Positions 24,402 to 37,442 of a stretch of DNA of 64,000 bases are shown in pieces. Every line of letters begins with the position of its first letter. The first letter of the stretch is position 1. Under the pieces are notes generated by a model, which was not told the origin of the DNA, searched no databases, and was given only the letters and a program-made list of their open reading frames with translations. The stretch is from positions 310,001-374,000 of the forward strand of contig MU053758.1 of the NCBI GenBank assembly GCA_013239625.1. Reading direction: 5' to 3'. Position numbers and translations under genes: made by a program. Source of the DNA: Lama guanicoe (lineage: Eukaryota).

Positions 24402-25288
24402 GTACGGGGGTGCCTTCTCAGAGAGTGAGTGTGTGTGCGCACGTGCACATTAAGAGAGCCTGGAAGGGGATTCTGGAGCAGCTCTGATCTCCCCCCTTCA
24501 CTCAGGTCTTGTGGTGAAACTGTCTAATGGACGCACTCCTCAGACCTGTGCTTATTTAGCAGACGTTTATTGAGCAGCTACAGTGCAGAGCACTGGGCCA
24601 GGCTGTGGGGCAGATAAAGGTGGGTGCCATGTAGATCCTGCTCTCTAGGAGCTTACAGTCTAGTGGAGTAGACAGACATGCAGACAACTAACTGTATTTC
24701 CTTGGTGGACAGATTCTTAAACTACTTTATGGAAATCTTCAAAACAAATGTTTACTCTTGTTTGCCCCCCCGTTTCTCAGTAATGCATTAAGCACCATCA
24801 TCTTCCCCCGATCATGTTTTAAGGGAAGACATGTTCAGTTTTCTGAATTCTGTAATATAGATTAAAACTAAAGGAGGGAGGGGGCTTTTCTTGATTGGGG
24901 AATGGTTCGGGTGAGGCAGGACAAGGGCTGAATATTTAAATATTTGAGATTATGAACAGCTGATGATGATGATCATTCCTTCCTATCAGTTAATCATTCT
25001 GAATCTTTCTTTGTCATACTTTAGAATTCTCTGAGAAAGTCTCTATTAATATTTTAGTGCCAGGGACTCCACTTTTTAAGACTTAACCCCTCAACGTATC
25101 TCTATCACCCTGAAAGTCACTTTTCTCTTGTTCTCTCTCTGCCAGAACCTGTAAACATTCTTTTTCTGTGCTCTCTTAGGCTTCACCCAAGGGCAATTCC
25201 CCCTTCTGTCTGGATAAACTGATTGTCCCTGGGAAGATGCTGGTTCTAAGCACACTCTTAACTCACTCCCCATTCCTCCTTCCTTCAG

Positions 25289-25363
25289 AAAAATGGCTAC
25301 GTGACTGTCAGTGATATCAAAGCCAGTCTTAAATGGGAGACCGAGCGAGCGCGGCAAGTACTG
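25289..25363 (+). CDS. SNF8: SNF8 exon 7
   Basis: KNGYVTVSDIKASLKWETERARQVL. Confidence 0.97.
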
Positions 25364-26408
25364 GTAGGTGACTTTTGAGATGGCCCAGAAAAGACGGGCC
25401 CCAGATGGGAGGAGGTGGGTTGACAGGTACCACACAGACAGGGGCTTCAGCCTCTCTTTACTGACTTGCCTTGAAGGCTGCTGCTGCCACCCTAGAAGTG
25501 ACCCCAGCATTTCTCTGGAGATGGCACTGAGAGGTAGAACTCAAGCAAGGCAGGCTTCCCACCCTGGCACATGGGCATGACCAGGCTGCCACTGCCGCTG
25601 AGGAGCCCCAGCACCTCTCTCCTGACCTGTAGGGCCTGGTCAGATGGTTAATATGGTTTGTACTGGAAGTAACACTGTTAGCACAGCATGAAGGGAATCA
25701 TTAACTACTAATGATAATTACATATCTACAATTATATACTATTATCTTGCACATTATATATAGTTTTATATATACACAGATTTCATAGTACTAATGAAAG
25801 GCTGATGTTGTGAAGGGGGAGTAGCATGAACATGTAGGGGGCCCTGGCTTTCAATACCTTCTTCCTTACCCGGGCAGTTAAACTATAAACTTCTGTGAAG
25901 TGGGGATAACATAAACATTTGTTTGATGGTATTGAGCAGAACCAACCCATCTGGAGCATACTTCCAGCTGTAGGAACTGTGAGTCCATTGATTAATATGG
26001 CCCTTCCATTAACTTCTCCAAGGTTTTCCCACATCTGCCCGTTACCCAGTTAAGTTAACTGAAAGATAGTGATCTCCTTTTGGCTTCGGGGAATGGAGTT
26101 AGTGATTTGCTCAAGGCCATACAGCAAATATTTCTGTAGCCCTACCTTCCTTCCACAGAATTCCACTTGTCATTACCCTCTTTCACAGCAACACAAGTTA
26201 AGCAACTTGGTGGCATTTTTCACACCTCAGGCAAAGATCAAGGCTAAACAGATCATTCCAGTTTGGTTGTGTAAATATGTGAAGGCACTCGTGTAGATTT
26301 AGTTCAAAAACCCCACTGAAGCCAAAATTGGGTTTGGAGATTGTTTATCTGCCCTACTTTGTGGGAATGCCCCCTTCTCAATTGACGTTTCCTTCCTTTT
26401 CCTGCCAG

Positions 26409-26546
26409 GAACACCTGCTGAAGGAAGGGCTGGCGTGGCTGGACCTGCAGGCCCCAGGGGAGGCCCACTACTGGCTGCCAGCTCTCTTCACTGACCTCTA
26501 CTCCCAGGAGATTACAGCTGAGGAGGCCAGAGAAGCCCTCCCCTGA
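26409..26546 (+). CDS. SNF8: SNF8 exon 8 (last)
   Basis: EHLLKEGLAWLDLQAPGEAHYWLPALFTDLYSQEITAEEAREALP*. Confidence 0.97.
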   Translation, partial: EHLLKEGLAWLDLQAPGEAHYWLPALFTDLYSQEITAEEAREALP

Positions 26547-29500
26547 CGAAATGTGGAAGGGGGCACGGCAGCAGGCAGGGAGAAGAGGGAGGAGCTGGTG
26601 GTGAATAAAACCTGGACAACTCTTTTAAAAAAAGACAAAAAACCAAAAAAAATTCCAAGTTTTTTTCTTCCCCCAATATTCTTCATCCATTATTTTATTT
26701 TTTTAAAGTGCCTTCACATTGCATCTTTATTGGAGAAAACCTTGTTTATCCATTAAGGATAACCTGAGTAACACAGATAACAGCAAGCACATATAAAATG
26801 ACTTTTGCACAGGTCATCTACAAGTTCATGGTAGAGCTGGGCCTAGGATGAAGGCCATCTGTCTCCTGGCCAGTCTAGTCTCTATAACCCCGAGACATAA
26901 AATTAGAGCTTCTGTAAATTCAGACCTCTTCCTTATAAAGTATTCTTTATCTCAAATGAGCAGACCCTAATGGACCTGTAAATAATATTCACTTTTTCAG
27001 TCTCTTCTAGCTTTCTCTGTAGAGGTTCCAGGTTATGGCAGATTCAGCTATGAGTGTGAAGGAAATAGAGGTTAATGTTAAATGGTGATTAGAGAAAACA
27101 ATAGAATTGAGGGGAATCAGCCAATAGTGGATGTAGTATCGTTTCTCAAGTTCCTCACTAGCTTTCCCTCCCATAATGATCACCAGGTCCCTCTAACCTT
27201 CGTGGTGGGAAAAGGAATCATTTATTAACACCTACCCTACACCCAGTCTTATATACACCTTATTTATTCCTCATAGCAACCTTAAAAGGTTAAGTAGGTA
27301 TCCTAACTTTGTAGGAGAGGAATCTAATTTGCCTGGGGCCACCAGCTTAAGAAACAGAGCCAAAGCTAGAGTCGAGGTCCATTAACCCCAGAGTGCAGTT
27401 TCCCGTATCTAGCTTTGCACGGCACAGGTAGGTCGTTTTATAATTTCTTCCTACACACATGGTCGGCCAAGAGGAAAAGCCTGTTCCAGAAACCAGAAAA
27501 CAAGTTTTCCAAAGCAAGTACAGAAGGTACTGATGAGCTGCAAGTGAAACCCAGTCTTAAGTCTGAATTCTAAATTCCTAAGAAGGGCTGGTTTAGTACC
27601 AGAAAGCTGAAAACCCAACGGTTTGGATTATTCATACGAAGACACCTCCAAGGGGATAGTCTAAGCCCATCGCTACCTCTGCCCATCCTTGCAGGACATG
27701 CTCACTTGCCAGTTTCTGAACAAGTATTTCTTTGGAAGGAACCAAGGCAAAGATGGCATGCCTCTCCTTGACTGCCAAGGCCTCAAAACAGGACCGACCC
27801 TATTTCTGACTGATGGGGAGCTCCTGTTGCCGTAACCCTGCTTCTACCCGCGTGATGTAACACAGGTTTTCAGCTTCCACTGAGCACTATCTTTATCCCT
27901 GACAGTTTCAGGCCTAAGTGAGAGGTGTGTTTGTCATGATCCCATTCTTCCTTTTACACAAACCCTCCCACACCCACAAGCGCTTCCTCCTTCTGCCAAA
28001 ACAAACTTTATTGCACCAAAAAGAAAAAAAAAACTTCATTTATGTACAGTCAGATATAAAGACATCTCTTTGACTCCTGTGCATATATTTCCTCAACTCA
28101 AGATTAGGGCGTAAAAGTCAGGCTAGTATGCCAGACATGCTCTGCCCATGGCAGGGCCAGGAGAGGATTGTCACTTGAAAGTGGGAACACTTAAATGGAT
28201 GACAGACAACACTGGACCAACTGACCAAGGGCATTATTTTAAGCCCTGTACTAGCTCTGGGAATGGAAGAGGGAAACTGGAAGCAGGGTTCCTTCCTGAG
28301 TCTCCTTGTGAAGAGACCCAGCCTTCAGGTATCCAAGCTGAACTTCCACCCCACAAGCCCACTTTCTGTCCAGTTTCTTCACTTCCTGCTCTCCCAAGTA
28401 GGACATTCTCCTTTGTGCCCAACCCCCTTCCCAACTCCCCCAGTAAGTCCCATGATCCACAAGGCAGAGGCCTCCCATAGCAGCGAGCAGAGCAGGTACA
28501 AGTTATCTTCTCCCTCACATGTAGCTGGATACCGACTGAGGCCCTGCGTCAGGGGGATCACCAACACCCCACCGGGAGCCCTAACAGTAAGAATCCGGAA
28601 AGCATGGGAGAACACATCAAAAGGGGAAGGATGGATTCCCTCGATGCCCAGTATCACAGGGCACCTAAAGCACATTTTTCTGAGCCAACCAGCTAAAGGA
28701 TCACTGCAGCTAAATAGAGAGAAGCAACACAGCCAAACACCCATCAGAGCCAGTGACAAAGAGCAGCTGGGAGGGGCGGGGGAGGGGCAGGGAGGGAAGG
28801 GGAGGGGTCTTCAGAGTCCCAGCCCCGATCCCCTCTGCCATTGGCTACCCTTGCTCCCTACAGCTCCCCGGGCTTTGAAGCGAGAACTGCAGGCTGAGGT
28901 GAAAATACACAAGGACAGCCAAACACAACACAATAGGACTAGCATCCGTCGCCCCCTGCGCCCCACCCCCAGGAGGAATACCCTCATTGTGACTAGTATT
29001 TATGAAAATCTGTAAGATACTATTCTACATAGTGGCTCTAATCCCACACACGCAGCAGCTGCCTGTGTTGGAAACTTTTCAAATCGGTGATTTGGGGAAC
29101 AAACGGCATTTTCAGCTTCTTATGGTGCCTGTGCAGGCTTTACCAAGACCTTGGTTCAGTCCCAGTCACACTTACCTTCTGTCATAAATCTAGAAATGGG
29201 TGTGGGGATGGGGGGCAGAGGAGAAAGGTGCTCAGGTGCTAGGTAAAGCTTACTCATCAGCAGCCTAGACGTCACCACTGTTCCTTCTCTTTGGTCTGTC
29301 TAGAACAGTGATTATAAATTAGGAAAAACAAAATTATGCTGGCCCATGGGAAATAATGGGAGAACAGAGGCAGGGAGGAAAAGGGCATTGGGAAGCCCTG
29401 CTTCAAGACTGAAGACAGACAGACAGACAACCACCCAGACTGCATTAAGTGTCACAGACAGCCCCCCCACCCCAAGCTCCCTTCCAGATATCCCCATAAA

Positions 29501-29867
29501 TCACTTGGGCACACTCCCTCTTGGAACTGCAATTCCTGTCTCCCACCTATCCCTAAGGAGCTGGCCCTGTGGAGAGGTGTGTTGGTTGTTGTTTTTGCCA
29601 GAGGCCCTCGCCCTAGGTGCTCCTGCATAGGTACCTTGGCCCCTGATGTGGGATGAACATAGCCCCAGATGCTCGAGAGCCAAGGAGGTCATTTTGGGAA
29701 CAGCCTCCCCACTCCCACGCCCTGGGATCCGAGCTTGCTTGGTTCTTGCCATCTTGCAGGATGACGTCACATTTGGAGGGAGATACACAGTGCCTCTCCA
29801 TCCCTGGGGTGGGGGGAAGGGACTTTGCTGGGACTCTCGAGTAGGGGAGGGGAGAGGGGAGCAGGGT

Positions 29868-30038
29868 CTAAACCCTCAGGCTCCCGTGCAGGTCTGTCTC
29901 TGTCCCAGACGAGCTGCTATCAGAGTCCATTTCGGCGTTCTCATTATGGAGCCTCTCCAGCACTTTCTGACGAATCAGTCCCAGGCGCATCAAGAGGGAC
30001 TGGTAGTCAAAGTGGCCCCGCTTCTCTCCAAAAGGGTC
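29868..30038 (-). CDS. UBE2Z: UBE2Z exon 7 (last)
   Basis: [56 protein letters not shown]. Confidence 0.97.
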
Positions 30039-31349
30039 CTGTGGGAGAAACGAGACAAGCGGGAAGGAAGATTCAAGTCTGGGTGGCTCACCCCAGAGAG
30101 CGCAGCTTTAGGTCCATGTGAATCACATGCTCAACATCTGAGCACGGGAACAGAGGTGGGCACACCAGACAGTCCCGAACGGCAGACATCATCGTCCTCG
30201 CTAGGACTCTCAGGGCACGTTCACCACCCCAGATAGGTCTGGCCTGGGCCAACATGAAAATGTGCTTACTCAAAAGCACGCCAATATGCAGAAGGAGAAC
30301 ATAGTAAAGGGGAGATAAACAGGGAAGAGAAATTCAGGACCAGAACCGTAATCATTAGGAGTATCTGTGTTTTCAATTAACCTCATACAAACTATACAAA
30401 GGAAAAATTATACTTCATTCCCTATACTCAAAAAGGGTAACTTGCTTTCTAAGGTCACAGGTAGGTCTATAAACTCAAGGGTTCTGACTTCTGGATAAGC
30501 ACCTGCACTCTTCTGAAGTCAAAGATCTCCAACCATTATATAGGAAGGGGTTAATTGTCCTATAGTCTCAAAAATAACTACGGGTGGAGTGGAGAATATA
30601 AAAAAAAGAAATTTAAAAATAAGGATTCCGGCAGCAAAGGAGCAGGGCCAGCATTCAAACACGTGGAGCCCTCTTTCCTTGGCAGTTACAAAAAGGTACA
30701 CGATTTCTCTCTCATATTCTGCCCCCTTCCACACTTCTGCCTACACGTTACTCTCATGATCAGGGGCCCAGTGGACGTTAAGCCACAGTTACAGGAGGGT
30801 TCTCAACTAGTCACTTATATTTGAGCGTATTTACAATTTGGTTTAATAAGAACCTCTTCCTTTAAACAAGCCTAAATTCTGCATTCTTACTGAAAGTGGA
30901 AGCACATTTCCCCAGCAGAGTCAGAGAATGAACAACTGGTTTCCATCCTTGGAACAGGAAATCTTTCAAGAATAATTGCATACCCAATGTTTCCCTAAGT
31001 GTTCTTTCTCTTAGCACCCCTCCAAGCTAGAGATGGAATTCCAATAGATGACCCTTATAATCCCTAAGTTCTAAATGTTCTTGATTTGAAAAGACTACTG
31101 ACCAAGAAGGGAAGGAGTTCCAGGCCAGGCAGCAGGATGATTCAGATTCTACTCATGAGCACCTACTTTACGCCAGGAACTTAGAACCAACTCCATATGA
31201 CTTCAGTCTCCTCTCTGGACCTCAGCTACTCAAATGCACCAGGTTCCTTTCGGCTCTGAATTCTATGAGAGATGTGGATGTCACCCTTGTGGGGGGATTT
31301 ACATGGTCTGTTGTAAGGCCTCTGGAGTCAGCAACAGGAGCTGTGTTAC

Positions 31350-31440
31350 CTGCATAGTCTGGCCTTGAAGGTGCAGGCGATCTTTGCAGGCTACCTCATA
31401 GAAGTCATAATACTCCAGGAAGGACTTCTCCATCACCCCT
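31350..31440 (-). CDS. UBE2Z: UBE2Z exon 6
   Basis: [30 protein letters not shown]. Confidence 0.97.
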
Positions 31441-32138
31441 CTGGAAAACAAGCAGAGAAGCTTAAGTTAGGAACAAGAGGGGAATAGGTCACCCTTTCAC
31501 CATTTAACCTTAATGCCAAATTAAACAGCTAGAGTCCCCAAGCCCAGATTTGGTTTCCTACAAAGATCTTTCAATGGAAAATGGAAAAAGGAACAGCTGA
31601 CCACCTAGGGTTGATTTCCCTTATACTCTAGGAGTTATAAAATGAGAGTGACTATTAATACGAATCACTTGAACCCCAATTTCAACTCAAGATTTGCTCA
31701 GTCTCATCTGTTTTCCATAGGCCATACCTAATCCCAAATCTTACTCAAAATTCTCCTAGAAAAGTTTCATGAACTCTTGGTACATCTAGTTTTAACATCT
31801 AGAAATAAACCTGAACACTAAGAAGCGGGTTTATTATGAAGTCCTCTACACCTCATTTGGCTGTATAAGAGGTCCTCACAAAAATGGAGGCTCCCTGAGG
31901 GCGTGGACGATGTCTTTCCCATCAGGCTTGGCACTCTCCAAGAACTAAGAAGCTCTTGAACTTCTCTCGGGTAACCCTCAGCCACTTGCTCTTTAAAAGC
32001 AGGAACCATATCTTTCCCCTTTCTCTATCTCCCTCTGGTGCCCAACACCGGACTTTGCCCCAAAGGTTCTCCAAGGTACAAACAAGCTAAATCTCCATAA
32101 AGTATACCAAGTACCAGGCAGGCTCTCTTGACACATAC

Positions 32139-32251
32139 CGTAGAGGTTCAGGGCAGGGACACTTTCCTTCCATCATGTCACAGACCGCCACTCTGATGGT
32201 CTCATGCCGAATACATTCATTGTAATTTTTGCTGTCTCCTGGATGTCTCTC
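32139..32251 (-). CDS. UBE2Z: UBE2Z exon 5
   Basis: [37 protein letters not shown](R). Confidence 0.97.
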
Positions 32252-33646
32252 CTACAATGTGACAGATACAATAGTATCCAAGTACAAAATTTAGGTAAAA
32301 AGAAAAACCAATGGGAAGAGACTTCAGGATGAGTACGGGGTATGTGACCCAAGCAAATGAGCTAAGGGCATACCTTTCCCACTGTATGACAGATCCATAA
32401 GGAGCAACTAAGCCCTTGAGACCATTCACCTCCCCCACATGCATACCAATACCCATCCTCGTTATGGGTCATTTTATCTATAAGCAGCAAATCAGATACA
32501 TCAAATTTCCCGAAGCCTGAAATGAAAGGCCTCGCAGGTAAGGATTAAGCGGGAAATAATCGTATGTAAGAACGATGGTAGAACAAAAAGGCACACATGA
32601 CGTTAAGAGTCTCAGTCTGAAAAACCTATAGCTATCAGGATGCTTCCTGGTTAACTCCTTTACATTTCTGTAGGGTTCCACCATCACTGAATTAATTACT
32701 ATAAATCTATCAGAAGTAGAACTTGACATTTCCAAAAGAGTAACTCTGAACTTGGTCTGGAAAGCTGATATGAAAGCGTGGGCATGAACAGAAGAGAGCA
32801 TGGCCTCCCACCCTCTAACTCCTCCTCTGCTCCTCCTCCTACCACCAACCCCAGTCAATCAGAGCCTTGGCTCTATCAAAACATGTGAATAGGAAAGATA
32901 TACATGGCTTTAGCCTACCACCATGGTTCCCAATGTGCACCACAGCGAAATCACAGGGGCACTGTGGGATACTGTAAACTTTTTGAGGAAAACCACAGTA
33001 TTCAATACCCGTCAAACACCACGCGAACTACTAGATTGAGACAGGTAGTTCAGTTTTAACATTAAAACGCATTATAATCCTTTCGATGACATACTTTTTT
33101 TTGAAGCTGGATTTTCAGTCACTACTTTGATAAGCAGCAAGTAGCATATGAAAATGGGGGGACAGAAATGAGGGTGGTGACTCTGATCTGAGCTTAAAAG
33201 TTGTGTGGCACAGAACAGGTATAAATGTACTATTTTTTGTTTTTAAATATCCTATTTTTTAAATCACTGTAGTTATTTAAGAAAGAAGTAAGTTGTTTGG
33301 ACCTAACTACTTAACAAATGGAACAGTATGGCATTTCTTTCTGCCTGGGGAACTGAGAAAAAGTACCAAGACAAAAGGGTGCCGTGACAGAAGAACGTTT
33401 GAGAATTTTAAGAATAAAAGTCACATCGCTTGAATTTCCAAACAAGACCTAAAAAATCAGCTCGTTGGTTAGCCAATGAGGTCCATTTCCATTTCTACCT
33501 ACTCCTGAAATCATACACACTATTTGTTGGAAAGGATGGTGTAGGGAATTATTTTTGTTCATTCTTAAAGGCTATTTCCCTTTGTTTAGGCATACAGACG
33601 AATCATCAGTGTTCATTATCTCATATAGTTTCAAAATGAATTAAGC

Positions 33647-34038
33647 ATCAGAAAGATAAAGAAAAATACCATATGATATCACTCAGATGTGGAATGTAAA
33701 AAGAAAAACGACCAACGAACTTATTTACGAAACAGAAACAAACTCACAGACATAGAAAACAAACTTAATAGTCACCATGGGTGAAAGCGGCTGGGAAGGG
33801 ATAAATTGGGAGTTCAAGATTTGCAGATACTAATTACTATATATGAAATAGATAAACAAGTTCAGACTGTACAGCACAGGGAACTATATTCAGTATCTTG
33901 TAGTAACTTACAGTGAAAAAGAACATGAAAACGAATATATGTATGTTCATGTATGACTGAAGTATTGTGCTGTACACCAGAAACTGACACAACATTGTAA
34001 ACTGACTATACTTCAATAAAAATATTTAAACAAACAAA
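33647..34038 (+). mobile_element. 5'-truncated L1 3' end in UBE2Z intron 4
   Basis: Perfect 15-bp TSD caaaatgaattaagc at 33632-33646 and 34039-34053; AATAAA plus tail. Confidence 0.9.
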
Positions 34039-34833
34039 CAAAATGAATTAAGCTGTTTTGATCACCTAAACTGAATTATTATTTTTGGGGAATATCACTG
34101 GAACTCTTTTCCTGTGCTCATGAGTAATTCTGGAAGGGGCTTAGAACAGTGGAAGATTTGGGGCTCCTGGGACTACATCCTGATCTGTGTCCTTGTGAAT
34201 GGTCCTCTCTGAGCCACTATTACCTCACTGGAAAATAGGGATAATAATTATTGACTTCACAGACTTAGTATGAGGATTAAATGAGAAATTATATATATAA
34301 GAGCTTGGCAGTGGCTGGCATATAGTATACTCTTGGAAAATATGAGTTTCCTCCACTTTCTCTTTGGCAGCACTGACTAAAATATTCTTGCCCAAGCCAG
34401 TGACTGCTCCTTTGGCTCTGCAGGTAACAGTACTTTGTAACTCCAGAAACAAGTCTGGCTCAGCAGCCACTAGAGAGCACCTTAAAGGGACAGTGGAGAA
34501 TGGAGGCATCCAGAAGAACCCACTGGCTGCAAGAGCCCCCAAAATAGTCTCGGGATTAATTTCCAAATGACTCCACTGATTTCCAGATGGTAGATTAATC
34601 CAAGTCAAATGGAAATAACTTGACAATGTTACTGTAACTTAATAAGGGCGAAAAAAAAATCACTATTATGGAGCAGGCATGCCAGATCCTTTTTTCTCCA
34701 ACAGTGATGAGTTTAATACATGGGGCTGAGCCAGATGAAAAACCAAAACCAAAACCTAAATGCTCAAGTAGACTTTTCAGATCTCTTAAAACCCAATATT
34801 CCACACCCCAGAGTTGGGCCCACCTGGTCTTAC

Positions 34834-34945
34834 CTGCTCAAAGCCAGGCTCATTGTGATAGGGGTTCTCAGTCATCAGGGACTGGATGGAGATGAGCACG
34901 GAAGAGATGCTCTGGGCTGGGCTCCAGGCAGGGCCAGTCCACGTA
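34834..34945 (-). CDS. UBE2Z: UBE2Z exon 4
   Basis: [37 protein letters not shown]. Confidence 0.97.
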
Positions 34946-37254
34946 CTGCAAAACACATCAGAGGAAAGAGAAGACCGTGAAGCACAGAGATGGGAAAGGC
35001 CAGTGCACAAGTACCCTGGGGCCTGGCAGCACCATCATAAGTGACTCAACATTTCACTTTCACTATTAGTACTCTGGAATTTCCCAGCCTGTCTCACCCC
35101 CATTCACCAGAAATCAGTCAACTGCCTTAATCCTCATATCAAAGACAAAAGAAAGAGGGTAAAGTAAGCCAGGTAACTTTGTAGGGATTTTCTTTGGGCT
35201 AGGAAAGAAACAGTAGCCAGGGAAGGTTCCCTTCATCAAAATAAAACAAATAAGGTAAGAAAACAGCTCCAAAGGCAGTCTACACATTAACCTCTATGGA
35301 TCTCAAAGACCTTACTTATTTCTTTATGGGTGGTGATGGAGTCAGTGAGGAGAGAGAAGTTGAGCACACAGGCCCAGGAGGGACTGAAGCCATCTGGTTA
35401 GAGGCCATGTGCTGGGGCTGATGACTGGGGATCCAGTTCTCTATCAAGCCCCCAAAGAGTATAAGTTCTCTGAAGAGTACACAACTCTGCCAAAGGACAG
35501 GAAAGGAATAAGGCTCTTCCACACTGTGGAGGATCTGAAAATGATATATGAAGAACATTTTGAACAACAGAGAAATACCAAAATTGCTCCTCTCTTTCAT
35601 AAACCTGATGGAGTACTGGGAGGAAGAAGGAAGCTTGGACATTAATGACATTTATTTTTAGCTCAATTAGTTGAAGAAATGACACCTGAGCTGGAAGCTA
35701 AATACAACATGAGCCAGGACTGGTTTGTTCAGGTTAACTGGCCACTTCCCTTTTCTGCTGGACTTGAGGAAAAGCCACTAAGTGATGGGGAGCAGTAACT
35801 TCCTCAGAGCTTGCTCTTCAGTGCCTCTCCACCTTTCTTCTCAGCTTCGCTCCCCCAGGAACCCTACACCTTGGGTTCTCTAAAGCGTCATGTATTTGGA
35901 GACTGAAGTCAATAGGGTAAACTTTCATTCAATTTCTCTGTAAGTCAGCCCAGTATTTTTTCCTAGGTAGGGAGGAAAGGAATGAGGCTAATGAGTATAG
36001 TCAACTAAGAACACATAGGAATTTTCTACTCTGATTCTCCACGGCAAACTTTCCAGAAGTAGCTTCTCCTTTTCCAACCAACACTTCTGCCACTTACACC
36101 CACAAACCCCTGTTTCTACTGTGAATTGATGTTTGCTCAAAAGTTTTATACTGGCCTAATGAAAGAAAATTTAATACAAAAACACTTTCATGAACAAGTT
36201 TCATAGTGAAGCAACAACTAAATTTCCTTACCACGGTGGGTTATACACATCACTCTCTTTACTAGCATGGCAATTCTATACCCTAAGGAAATAAAAACTT
36301 CTTTTAAGGACAACTTCCTTTAAAGGACTTCCTCACTGCTGTTTGTAATCACAGACCATATCCTTGGATCTCAGAGAATTTGGGTGGGGTAGGGAGGGGG
36401 AACAGTGTAGAGGAAAGAAGTTTGTTTCAGCTGCCTTTCCCTCACAAAAACCTGGAAGTGTATTGGATTGGAGGAAGAAAGAAACAGGATAACCAGTTTG
36501 GGCAACTTTTTAAACTCCAACTTTTACTTGTTCTCTGCCCCAGGGAAATTCAGATCACACTAAAAAGACCAGTCTGGAATATGCTAGAAGTTATTTCCAG
36601 AATGTTTAACCCCCAAAGGCAGTTAAAAGGGAATGGACAAGAACTACTTGAAGCAAAATCTCGGTAGCACCCAGAAACAAAAATGCACTTGAAACTTTTG
36701 TTTCATATCTGATGTGACTTCTAACCTCAAGACATTTTTCATTCAGTTGTTAAAATATCATAATCATCATCATCACCACCACCGCCTCCAAAGCCACTCA
36801 TGAGAGACTCAGAAATAAGACACTCACAATCCTGAATAGCACAGGATCTGCAGCCTTTCTCAACCTGCTCCGGAGAGAATTAAGCCCTGATGCCCTAAAG
36901 GAGTGGTTCTCCAACTGGAGTTTGCACCAGAACCCCTAGATTGCTGGGCTGCCTCCAGAGTTTCTGATGTAAGAACTCCAGGGTGAGGCACCAGAATCCG
37001 CACAGCTGTAAGTGATCCAGTGCTTCTGTGACATTCGGTGAACCACTTCACTAAGGCATCCGTTGTACGGAGTGAATTAACTTCTCTTTTTTGCATTTAG
37101 AATGGTACTACTCAAGTACCCTCCTGGGGAGAATTGAGGAAATAGTCACTCCAATCATTTTCTGTGTTCAGATGAGGAACCCTGGTTGATAAAGGCTGGC
37201 CTAGAGTAATTATTTGCTAACAACCAACTTGGCCACTTAGAAGTCTCCTCTTAC

Positions 37255-37442
37255 CCTAGAATACTCAAGCAGACTTTCCCATTGCGGTAGAAGTTGGGGT
37301 TAAACCTCACTGTGTTATTGCCCGTTGTCATCAGTTTGACCCGAGGTGGGTGGATGGGATAGTCGGGCGGACACCGAAACACGAACAGGAAGAAACCCCC
37401 TTCATAAGGAGTGTCAAATGGGCCTGTGATCAATGCATGAAT
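37255..37442 (-). CDS. UBE2Z: UBE2Z exon 3 (UBC core with catalytic Cys)
   Basis: [62 protein letters not shown](G). Confidence 0.98.

Larger units (their letters stand above)
19011..26546 (+). other. SNF8: SNF8 gene, ATG to stop (8 coding exons, 777 nt = 258 aa ESCRT-II subunit EAP30/Vps22)
   Basis: Exon lengths 54+51+139+105+73+142+75+138 join in frame; AATAAA at 26604-26609. Confidence 0.97.

Noticed and set aside
28768..28808. G-run cluster with G-quadruplex potential
   Set aside because: It is on the template strand of the UBE2Z 3'UTR (C-rich in the mRNA). Such tracts are common and there is no further evidence of function.
28263..29015. 250-aa + strand ORF
   Set aside because: Antisense to the UBE2Z 3'UTR, with no recognisable domain or splice context.
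35409..35645. 78-aa + strand ORF with protein-like composition
   Set aside because: No family recognised, and no poly(A) or TSD to indicate a retrocopy. The opposite-strand cassette-exon hypothesis fits better.
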